Assembly (NCBI GenBank): GCA_002269645.1
Contig: NIVC01000369.1
Span: forward strand, 159,413 to 223,412
Reading direction: 5' to 3'
Length of the DNA: 64,000 nt
Origin: Macrostomum lignano
Lineage: Eukaryota
The position numbers and the translations under genes were made by a program. The notes under the pieces were generated by a model that saw only the letters and a program-made list of their open reading frames with translations, was not told the origin of the DNA and did not search any database. This document shows positions 1 to 12,200 of this stretch, one piece after another; within the stretch, counting starts at the first letter, position 1, and every line of letters starts with the position of its first letter.

Positions 1-509
1 CAGGGTGAATTGTACAGCAGGCCGAATATCCAGATTCCAGCAATGATTCTCTTGGCCCGTTTCACCGTGCAGGCAGTCTGAGCAGTGATGGGGTAGCAGA
101 TGGCTACGAATCGTTCCACGGAGAAGGCCGTAATGGAAAAGGCCGACGTGTTGACTCCGACGTAGGACAGATAGACAGAAATCTTGCACCCGATGATGCC
201 GCACAGAACCCAACGATCTCTTGTAACATTTAGCTCGGAAATCATGGTAGCAACGCCCACAACTAGGGCTATGAGATCGGCTAGCGATAGGGACACGAGG
301 TAGCAGTTAGTTGGCGTCAGCATCCGAACTCGAGCTGTGGCCACAACTACAATTACCAGAATGTTGCCGAATACACCGATGCAGAGTAGCAGCAGGCAGA
401 GGCTGGAGATGGTGGCTCTCAGAGGTACTGGGTAGTACAGTTGATCGTAGGTCAGGTTCCATTCCTGATGGGCCGACAGAAGCTCGTCTATTGACAGCGG
501 AGAGTCCAT
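1..509 (-). CDS. Rhodopsin-family GPCR, thyrotropin-releasing-hormone-receptor-like; N-terminal part (TM1-TM4), runs off the window edge
   Basis: Manual translation from ATG at 509 is open to position 1: MDSPLSIDELL...IGVFGNILVIVVV...RMLTPTNCYLVSLSLADLI...GCKISVYLSYVGVNTSAFSITAFSVERFVAICYPITAQTACTVKRAKRIIAGIWIF. It has GN (TM1), LADL (TM2) and ERF (DRY position), and TPTNCYLVSL, SITAF.VER..AIC.PI.AQ..CT..RAK.II closely recall TRH receptors. Absent from the ORF track because the stop lies outside the window. Confidence 0.9.
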   Translation of the reverse strand, partial: MDSPLSIDELLSAHQEWNLTYDQLYYPVPLRATISSLCLLLLCIGVFGNILVIVVVATARVRMLTPTNCYLVSLSLADLIALVVGVATMISELNVTRDRWVLCGIIGCKISVYLSYVGVNTSAFSITAFSVERFVAICYPITAQTACTVKRAKRIIAGIWIFGLLYNSP

Positions 510-1363
510 GCCTGCTTGGGCCAACGAGTCAGGACCTGTAGAGCATGGGAAGAGAGTGAACTGGAGTGGTTGTATGGGATAAAAAGCAGTGAGGATAAGA
601 CGAAAACGGGGTTTTTATAACCAATTTTCAGCAGCCAATAGGAAAGCGTCATGGAACTGTTTTTTCAGCGAACTGGATCACAAAGATGGGAAAACTATAG
701 ACATCCTATAGCCAATCCGTCTGCATTTTCATGTGTTGGTTAACATGTGGTTGGTAAGCAAAACTCCAGCCAAAATTAGAATATTTATTATCTTTGTTCA
801 ACTTGTACTGTAGATGAATCTCAAACAAAGAACAAAACTGCTTCACTTTTGCCACAATATCTTGCACTAAAACTGCTGAAACTAGTCATGAAGGTAAATT
901 TTTTGACAAAACATGCAGTCAAGTTAGAATGAGCAAAGTGGCTTGGGAAACAGGAAAAACAAATCAATACATGCATACGAGCGTACTGAACTTACTTGCT
1001 GACAGGTGGACTTCAGACTTCGATTCACTTCGCGAAATCGTTGAGAAAAACTTTAGAACCACTTCAAAAAAGGCAAAAAAGCAGAAAATTCCAGACAGAG
1101 AGAGTCCTCCCGAGCACTTAGGAGGGGCACGCATACAATTTCGAAGTGGGCAATACTCCACGCAACAGATTGCCTTAAGCGTTTGCTTAGTTTTAAAACA
1201 GAATGGACAGAGACTTAAAATAGAAAATGGGTTTTACAAAGAGCTTCATTCTTCATTGACTCTCTCGTCAGCTCAAAATCGTATGGATAGATAGATATGA
1301 AATAAAAAGGATGCAAACTGGTGTGAGATCCACTGTTATGAGTACACGTCATATCAATAACTC

Positions 1364-2675
<1,312 letters not shown>

Positions 2676-3354
2676 ACTATAGCTAAACAATATGTTGAGC
2701 ATTAAGGTTCCATTCGCGGTGCAAAATATGTTAACCAGTTAAAACAGTTGTGCCAGACAAATGAATTTCCTTCAAATATTTGTCTTAGATGTGACGCTAT
2801 CAGTGGTAGCCTAAAAGGAATAAATAAGAAATGAACTACAGGTGCTTTTACAGCGCCAGATCAGCTAATCTAATCTGCTCTTGTCACAGAACCTGTCAAT
2901 TCCTCATCGGAGCCTTAGCCAGAAAAAAACTGCAAGATTGATTTTCGACAGTGCAACCCAAGCTCAAAGTGTGCTCTGTCTGCAGATTAAATCGAATTTA
3001 AGTAAATTTTTGGGCCGAACAGCGCAAAACCTATGCAATATGTCGAAAAATTGACTAACTAAGGCTTATGAGAAACTTAAGAATGATTGCCCAACCATGT
3101 GTGTTGAAAGAGAAAGCTCAAGCCTACTGCCTGCCTGTTGAAGGTTTCTATTAAAAGTTCGTCTATTGATTGAAGTCGCTTTATAGCTTGGGCAGACTGG
3201 CAGACCCAAAGAGCTGCCATTAAAAACTGTTTGCATTGAAAGTTTTCTTACCTTAAAGTGGCTGCCTGGCTTGATTGCTCTCTCTGTGTGGCTACTGTGT
3301 CTGACTTAGTAAAGAAAATGGGCAATAAAATTCGTTACTTTCTACTTGTTCAAG

Positions 3355-4600
3355 TAGACTGAAGCTGAATTTTCTGCCTATCTGAAGCTGAATATTCTAC
3401 CGATCTGAAGCTGAATATTCTGTCAATCTAAAGTTGAATATTCTGTCAATCTGAAGCTGAATATTCTGTCAATCTGAAGTTGAATATTCTGTCAATCTGA
3501 AGCTGAATATTCTGTCAATCTGAAGTTGAATATTCTGTCAATCTGAAGCTGAATATTCTGCCAATCTGATGCTGAATATTCTGCCAATCTGAAGTTGAAT
3601 ATCCTGTCAATCTGAAGCTGAATATTCTGTCAATCTGAAGCTGAATATTCTGCCAATCTGATGCTGAATATTCTGCCAATCTGATGCTGAATATTCTGTC
3701 AATCTGAAGTTGAATATTCTGTCAATCTGAAGCTGAATATTCTGCCAATCTGAAGCTGAATATTCTGTCAATCTGAAGCTGAATATTCTGTCAATCTAAA
3801 GTTGAATATTCTGTCAATCTGAAGTTGAATATTCTGTCAATCTAAAGTTGAATATTCTACCTATCTGAAGCTGAATATTCTGTCAATCTGAAGCTGAATA
3901 TTCTGCCAATCTGAAGCTGAATATTCTACCTATCTGAAGCTGAATTTTCTCCCTAACGTTCTCTGGGTTACTGGGTTAAGCTGAATATTCTGCCTATTTG
4001 AAGCTGAATATTCTGAAGCTGAATATTCTGTCAATCTGAAGCTGAATATTCTGTCAATCTGAAGCTGAATATTCTGCCAATCTGAAGCTGAATATTCTGT
4101 CAATCTGAAGCTGAATATTCTGCCAATCTGAAGCTGAATATTCTACCTATCTGAAGCTGAATTTTCTCCCTAACGTTCTCTGGGTTACTGGGTTAAGCTG
4201 AATATTCTGCCTATTTGAAGCTGAATATTCTGAAGCTGAATATTCTGCCGATCTGAAGCTGAATATTCTGTCGATCTGAAGCTGAATATTCTGCCTATCT
4301 GAAGCTGAATATTCAGCCAATCTGAAGCTGAATATTCTGCCTATTTGAAGCTGAATATTCTGAAGCTGAATATTCTGCCGATCTGAAGCTGAATATTCTG
4401 CCTATCTGAAGCTGAATATTCAGCCAATCTGAAGCTGAATATTCAGCCAATCTGAAGCTGAATATTCTGCCTATCTGAAGCTGAATATTCCACTTATCTG
4501 AAGCTGAATATTCTACCTATCTGAAGCTGAGTATTTTACCAATCTGAAGCTGAGTATTTTACCGATCTGAAGCTGAGTATTTTACCAATCTGATGCTGAA
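3355..4600. repeat. 23-bp minisatellite (ctgaagctgaatattctgtcaat)n
   Basis: Unit starts at 3451, 3474 and so on; about 50 variant copies. Confidence 0.97.
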
Positions 4601-4808
4601 TACCTTCGCATAATGGACCCTAAAATAATTAATTCTATCTGAACATTTCCTAAAGAAGTTGATAAACAGAATGACTGGTGTAATTAAATCGCAAAATATT
4701 TATTTGTTGTTCAAGCAATCTGAATAATCTTTTTTTTATTAAAACTGATAGCAAATTCTAACAAAAATTCTGAATATTTATTCAATTTCTAAAATTCAAA
4801 TTAGTATA

Positions 4809-6162
4809 TCACTTGTCAACTGCCAGAAGTTTACTGACATCTGTATGGTTTAGTAGCTGAGGTGTGTCGCAAGTTAGGGCTGATGCAACAGTTTCAGAAA
4901 TTGGGTCGCTCAGCTGGTGCAGCAGACCCACTGCGACCCGAAGACCATGGCATACCAGTCGATATCTCCAGTAAGCATTTGTAGCATGCCAGAAATGATT
5001 TGCGGCCTCCCGTAGACTCACTGCCAATGCTGGGCTGAAATACAGTGTTGGTTGATCGAATGTGTCTACTAGGCGTGTCCGGGAAGTTCAGACATTTCTT
5101 TAATCCAAGGAGCAAAAATGGAAACTGCTACAAATTAAACTTGGATGTGCAACCGACAGCTCAGCCGCAGCTATTGCGCGGCGCATCTGAAGGCTGCGTA
5201 CGGCTGTTCAGTCCAAGGACTGGGGGTCGCCGCACACACCTTCAACTAGCCCAGCTAATGCTGGCACCCATTTTACAGCTGGGTGAACTGAAGCAATGCA
5301 GAGTAGAGTGTCTTGCTCAAGGACACAGATTGTTTCGACTTGGTCGAGAATCGAACCCCCGACCTTTCAGTGTCGTGAGTTCGACGCTCTAACCACTAAA
5401 GGCTACGATATAGAATTATAAAAGCTTTAAAAGCTTCTGGATTACCCCCTCGTACTATAGTACAAGTCTGAACGTCAGTTGAAACAATAGACTGCGATCT
5501 CTCAGGGTTAGTCGTAGCTATTTTAACTGCTAAAATCGATTGATCAGTTCGCTGAGAAAGGCGCCGTGTACTGTGAGTGTGCATGTACATTCCACTATAA
5601 TTGGATAAAACCCCAATTTTAAGCCGGGTCGTGAATTGTATTAATTCTGTCTGTCATCCCCTAAACAAAAACCCAGCGCAAAACCCAAATAGATGCTGCA
5701 GCGTGATCACTGATCTTACCAACTTTTATTTTGTCCTTTGAGAAACAGTTTAGAGGCCAAGAATTCAGCCAATAGAGCTCTGGACGCCAGTTTTACAAAG
5801 ATTTGATCTTTAGTATTCAAGTTGTTAGTAGACCGTGTCGTGGGGGCTGCAGGTTTGCAATAGGTCTGCAGGTTTGTAAACTTTGGCATGACGGTGAAAG
5901 CTTCTCCGAGTTCATATGCAGCATCCTCCAGATATTTTTCAGTCATGCCGATCATATATCTTGCATCGCTCTTTCGGCAGATTGCTCGTGTCGAATAGTT
6001 GTTGAACTTGGAGTTCGATCTGACAAACTCGGTATTAGTCCAGTACCATTTCACAAATTGGACCAGCTGCGGCAGCTGCTGACTGGGTTCCGGCGGTTGC
6101 TGAGACAGCAAAATTGTTGCTAGGGCTGCAAGGAATTGAGAATAAGGAAATGGGATAATCAT
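4809..6162 (-). CDS. Putative two-exon orphan protein (about 222 aa) with signal-peptide-like N-terminus
   Basis: Exons 6162-5720 and 5034-4809. Donor TG|gtaaga (phase 2) and acceptor atttcag|C (phase 2) join ...KGQNKS-C-PALAVSLREAANHFW... in frame; 669 nt total is divisible by 3. N-terminus MIIPFPYSQFLAALATILLS is hydrophobic. No family recognised, and the true 5' end is uncertain. Confidence 0.55.
5181..5407 (-). mobile_element. tRNA-derived SINE, copy 1 (in the intron of the orphan gene)
   Basis: The minus strand reads A-box tagtggttagagcg and B-box ggttcgattc, then gtgtccttgagcaagacact...cttcagttcacccagctgtaaaatgggtgccagc. Near-identical to copies at 10999 and 35240. Confidence 0.9.
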
Positions 6163-7244
6163 ATTGTCACTTTAGGAGTCTTAGTGAACCAAAATATGGT
6201 ATTTTTTCTCTTGATTCTTGATTTTCGTATCATTGTAGTCCAGATAGTTCCCGTATTTATCTTTAAAAAATTGGATATCCTTTGGGAATTCCATTGCAAA
6301 GAAGTGATATCACTATAATGGTTCCTCGATCTTTCGACCAGCCATTGTTAACGGTCAAAGTTTCAATATTCATAGTTTGGTCATGCAGTAGGAAATCCCA
6401 AGTCTATTCCCCCATTGTTTTTCGTGTTGAGTACACTGTGTTCTGCCCCTATAGCTTGCATTAGCTCGTCAATTACGTCAACTGTGTTCGGCTGGCTATT
6501 ATTAATTTTTCTTAGAAATTTTCAGTTTCAAAATGACAATCGAAATTCGGGGCTTAAACCATTTCTTAGTAAAAACTATGATTGATAGTATTTATAACTA
6601 GACACTGAACAATAGCACATGACAATGGTACGGTTGCTAATGGTTGAGGGCAATCGCACGTAGCGGACTCAGAGTTGTGAGTTGTTACGCAGTGTCTGAC
6701 GATGTTGCACTGCATGGGTATATTGAATACATCAATCGTAAACTGTAATAGTTCTGATCCATATATTGACCTTGAAGTGTCAATGCTTAAAGTGTCAAAG
6801 GAAGTTTTGTCAGTCTTAAATTAAAGTCTAAATGTAATTTAAACTTGTTGACTAAAGTATAGCGCAGATATTGTAAACAGCTAGATATTCTTCAAATAGC
6901 TACAACTGGCATCTGTACATGTTTAGGTGCCCTAAGCTGCAGCAATGTTTTAGCAATGATAGCAACATCAATATTCAGCTTATAAATCTGTAAGTACGTA
7001 CAATGATAGTCCTGCCAGATCTACGTAAATAGCTTCATGAATCTCTGCTTGTACACTAACTTTAGATACATGTAGCTGCTTATGTAGATAACATTTCCGG
7101 TTCAAACACTGCATATTTATCGCGCAAATTCGTGTATATAGCTGTGATGTAAAATTTTTAATACCTAGCAAAAGCTAAATTATTATAGCCAAGTTTTGCT
7201 ACGTTTAAGCTAGCCTGTTACAGTCAGCGAAAAGTAAAAAAAAT

Positions 7245-8704
7245 ATGGTTACAATAAGCTTTCATCAGGTAGCTATTGTTACGCTTTCCTCTGCCATTGT
7301 CTGCGGCCTCATTAGCCTATTCACGGCTGACTTCTTTATCAAGTTTGATGTTGTCGGATTCAATTTCATTAAACACAAAATTGGATATTGCAACGCAACT
7401 CCGATGGGTCTTTTCGATTCGAGTGCTACAGGTAAGTGAGTTGTGAGAATATATATGTTTTGAGCAGTTTGAAATGAACTCATTTAGGGGTCAGTATAAT
7501 ATCCTACTGCTGGACACACTGAGTCAGTGCATTAATAATTAAGCTTATATTATAATGACATTTGAATTTCAGCAATTAAAGTACTTCTTATCGGCGGCTT
7601 AAGCTGTGCGGGCTGCTGCCTTCTACTCGAGTTCATCTCCGTGACTGTGCACTCGGCTAGAGAGAATGCCAGCCTGAAAGCTCTGTGCATGATTGTCTGC
7701 TTTGCTGGCAGTGAGTGCATTAAATTACCTTCTGAAATACATGTACGAGAATACCTTATAGACATGGATGGCTAATTATCTTGAGGGGGGGCGGAAGGCT
7801 AATTATCTTGGGGGGGGGCGGAAGGCTAATTATCTTGGGGGGCGTAAGGCTAATTATCTTGGGGGCGTAAGGCTAATTATCTTGGGGGCGGAAGGCTAAT
7901 TATCTTGGGGGGGCGGAAGGCTAATTATCTTGGGGGGGGGCGAAAGGCTAATTATCTTGGGGGGGCGAAAGGCTAATTATCTTGGGGGGGCGAAAGGCTA
8001 ATTATCTTGGGGGGGCGGAAGGCTAATTATCTTGGGGGGGGAAGGCTAATTATCTTGGGGGGGGGGCGGAAGGCTAATTATCTTGGGGGGGAAGGCTACT
8101 AATTATCTTGGGGGGGGAAGGCTAATTATCTTGGGGGGGGGGAAGGCTAATTAATCTTATATTGGGGTGGAAGGCTAATTATCTTGGGAGGGGGGCGGAA
8201 GGCTAATTATCTTGGGGGGGGGGGCGGAAGGCTAATTATCTTGAGGGGCGGAAGGCTAATTATCATGGGGGGGGGAAGGCTACTACTAATTATCTTGAGG
8301 GCGGAAGGCTAATTGTCTTCACGAATCCAGAAGCTGAATATTAGTCGTCATAATTTGGCAGAGTCTTAATATTTCTTTCTCACTATAGAATGCTTTTGAA
8401 GACAACTGTATTGATAGGATCGGGAACAAACGCTCTCATTAAACATTTGAATACAGCTGTAAATAAATTTCAATACATGCAACTAATATTCAGATTATCT
8501 AACTGAATTCATATCTAGTAGACTTGTAGTGTCTGTACTTTAACTTCAGGCGTGACACTGGTGACTGCGCTGGCTCTAGCGAAGCCTTCATCTGTGAGAC
8601 CCGACGGAGTTGCCCGCGGCTACAGTTTTCTAATGGCGGCGGTTAGCTGCGTGTTCACCATTGAATCGCTGGTGTTCTACGTTATTCAATGGCGCTGCCA
8701 GTAG
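7245..8704 (+). CDS. PMP22/EMP/claudin-superfamily tetraspan membrane protein, 159 aa, 3 exons
   Basis: Exons 7245-7431, 7573-7710 and 8550-8704 with GT-AG sites and phases 1/1; 480 nt total. Four hydrophobic segments, GLF in loop 1, and GYSF before TM4 (...VARGYSFLMAAVSCVFTIESLVFYVIQWRCQ*). Confidence 0.8.
7768..8320. repeat. About 22-bp minisatellite (ggaaggctaattatcttgggggg)n in intron 2 of the tetraspan gene
   Basis: Direct tandem copies with variable G-run length. Confidence 0.95.
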
Positions 8705-9228
8705 CAGCAGTAGTATGATGCGAACATTTTGCTGCTAGTTTTTTGATTTCGCGAATTCAATTAATTACAATTAAACAACACAAACAATAAATTAAATTAC
8801 AATATATCGCTATGAATATTCAAGTTTCAACCCTGTGGGTCAAAGCCAGAGTGTATCAACTTTAAAATGATGCTGAGTGTATTATTAACACCAAATTGTT
8901 TTTCAAAAAGTTCTCAACTTTAAAAAAGCATGACTTCATACAGAAGAAGAAATTAACAAAAATATATGATATTCTTGTGTTTGTTTGTTTGAAACAGATT
9001 CACAAAATATTATTAGTTCTCTCATATCTGAATTAAATAAATAAAACATTCTTTTTGATTTCATTTGTACAAACACTGTGAATGCATAATTATTCTTTAA
9101 GCTGAATTTGTTTAAATCGTTTCTAAATAACCGGTATGACGATACAAAAGATGAATTATAAGCAGTTTCGCAAGAAGAATACGACTGGACAGTCAGTCAG
9201 TCTGGTAGCCACAGAGTATTTAACTATT

Positions 9229-12200
9229 TTAATAGCCAAGAGCCGTCAGTTCCTCGCCAATTCGCGTCAGATATGTCGGGTCAGGATAGCCATGCCTGCG
9301 GAGAATATCGAATTCAGGGTGTCAAAATTGAAATAAAAAACTAGCTGGTGCTTGCAAGTAATTTAACAACCAATATAGAAGTATAGGAGCGCCAGCTACA
9401 GAGGGGCAACAGCTACAGAGGGGGCGCCAGCTACAGAGGGGCAACAGCTACAGAGGGGCAACAGCTACAGAGGGGGCACCAGCTACAGAGAGAGGCGCCA
9501 GCTACAGAGAGGGGCACCAGCTACAGAGGGGGCACCAGCTACAGAGGGGCGCCAGCTACAGAGGGAGAGAGAGGGGCACCAGCTACAGAGAGGGGCGCCA
9601 GCTACAGAGGGAGAGAGAGGGGGCGCCAGCTACAGAGAGGGAGAGAGGGGGCGCCAGCTACAGATTAGGGCGCCAGCTACAGAGAGGGAGAGAGGGGCGC
9701 CAGCTACAGAGAGGGGGCGCCAGCTACAGAGGGGGCGCCAGCTACAGAGGGGCAACAGCTACAGAGGGGGCACCAGCTACAGAGAGGGAGAGAGGGGCGC
9801 CAGCTACAGAGAGGGAGAGAGGGGCGCCAGCTACAGAGAGGGAGAGAGGGGGCGCCAGCTACAGAGAGGGAGAGAGGGGCGCCAGCTACAGAGAGGGAGA
9901 GAGGGGCGCCAGCTACAGATTAGGGCGCCAGCTACAGAGAGGGGGCGCCAGCTACAGAGAGGGAGAGAGGGGGCGCCAGCTACAGAGAGGGAGAGAGGGG
10001 GCGCCAGCTACAGAGAGGGAGAGAGGGGGCGCCAGCTACAGAGAGGGAGAGAGGGGGCACCAGCTACAGAGGGGCAACAGCTACAGAGGGGGCGCCAGCT
10101 ACAGAGGGGCAACAGCTACAGAGGGGGCGCCAGCTACAGAGGGGCAACAGCTACAGAGGGGGCACCAGCTACAGAGGGGCGCCAGCTACAGAGAGGGAGA
10201 GAGGGGCGCCAGCTACAGATTAGGGCGCCAGCTACAGAGAGGGGGCGCCAGCTACAGAGAGGGGCGCCAGCTACAGAGAGGGGCACCAGCTACAGAGGGG
10301 GGCGCAAGCTACAGAGAGGGGCGCCAGCTACAGAGGGGGTGCCAGCTACAGAGGGGGCCCAGCTACAGAGGGGGAGAGAGGGGGCGCCAGCTACAGAGGG
10401 GGCGCCAGCTACAGAGGGAGCGCCAGCTACAGAGGGGGGCGCCAGCTTACCCTTCAGGTCCTCCATCGATGCGAGTCTTGTGATGCACAGTGGCCCACGT
10501 GATAGTATTATCCATGCCAGTAGTCGCACTGGTGCCAATAGTAAACACCGCCCGACCACGAAAGGCTGCTTGAAGTCGTTCAACAATCGCCCGACCTTCT
10601 GGCGAGTCGGGAAAATAAGTGACTCGAGACACGCCTCGATATGGCAGGCCGGGATTCGGGTGCTCGCGTCCTTGAACACCCGGCCCGAAAGTGTACGTGA
10701 CTACTTGAGTTGCGTATCCGGGATGACCAGGCAGACTCAAGGCCTCTTTGGTGACTGTCATGGTTCCATTGGCTGGCTGACTGCCAACTGCCGGTCTGTA
10801 TCTGTGTTTAGGTCAAGTGACGTCATCTAATATTCAATAATTGAATTTAGAATATGTATAAATCCAAATCAAATTTAAGTAGGCTTAAAATACCACTAAA
10901 ATGAAGCAAATTTGTACTTTTAGACTCTAGGCTGAACTGCGAGGAAATACTCTGGTAGAAAACAAACTTTACAATCGATAAAGTACAAGATGAGCACCGC
11001 ATCTGAAGGCTGCGTACAGCTGTTCAGGCCAAGGTCTGGAGGGGGGGGGGGTCGCCACACACATTCTCAATTACCCCAGCTAATGCTGGCACCCATTTTA
11101 CAGCTGGGTGAACTGAAGCAATGCAGAGTTAAGTGTCTTGCTTAAGGACACAAATTTTTTCCGACTTGGTCGAGAATCGAACCCCCGACCTTTCAGTGGT
11201 AAGTCCAACGCTCGAACCACTATGGTACAAGCCCCTTGATACTATACTTACAGTAGGACTAGAATATTACACGTCTACAATAAAATAATGCACGTTTATT
11301 TGATACTCTACTGATAGTAGAAATATAGGCAAATTACGATAATAATTCAGAATAACAGTGTATTAGCAATGTAACAATCATGGTACCTGTCCATGCACAG
11401 CGGGCACAGTCCATTGCCAGGCGCAGCCGGGTCGTTCAGTCTGCGCACGCACGTGACGCACAATTGGCCGCGATTGCAATGAAAAGCGGCAGCAGGTTTG
11501 GCCATAGACAGCGGCTCGCAGCACAGTTCGCAGTCTGCGCCAAATTCCTCATCATCCGCGTGTAAAGAAACCGCCGCCGCCGCTGCTGCTGTATTGTTAG
11601 GACGCGACGCGAACTCGCGACCTTCTACCGAAAGATTCCGCGACGGCGGCGGCAGCACTCTGGGCAGTTGAACGCCAAATCTGGCCTCTAAAACTCGACC
11701 GAGAGTGGCCAGAGTCTCCAAGCCTAGATCGCAGATGCACAATCGGCGAAGGTCGCCGGTTCGATTCCTGCTGCCGGCAGAATGAAACGCTTCGGCTAGT
11801 ACGTGAGCAAAATCTTCGGACCGATCTGTCCAATAGGGCAAACTGGCTCCGATCGGTGTCATTCCAACCACTTGAATGCCGAGTTCAGTAGAGAGCTGAG
11901 AAAGAGTTCTCAGCAGAGCATTTATAACATCTTTCATAACTTCTTTGAACGCATTGTGATCAATAGTCTGCTCCAGTCGACTATCGTTTGGTAGCGCTAG
12001 GAACAGGATGTGACGAGCTGGCAGCTGCGAGCCCGGAGGCAAGGTCACAAGCCGAGTATCGCCGAACTTCAAGTTCTGACCTTGAAGCGCCTCCCGACAC
12101 AGGCGCAGCAACTGCTGCTGACCCGACTGCGGGGTGGGGGAGCGGCACTCAACTATGTTTGAGACCCGTAACTCCAATCTCACCTATAGATAATCGAGTG

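Noticed and set aside
929-1294. 121-aa plus-strand ORF
   Set aside because: No recognisable motif, no convincing splice partners, and it ends in the microsatellite flank.
6170-6464. Additional upstream coding exon of the orphan gene
   Set aside because: Frames are interrupted by stops; only a short MIRKSR... frame could splice in phase, with a weak donor (gtgaca). Not supportable.
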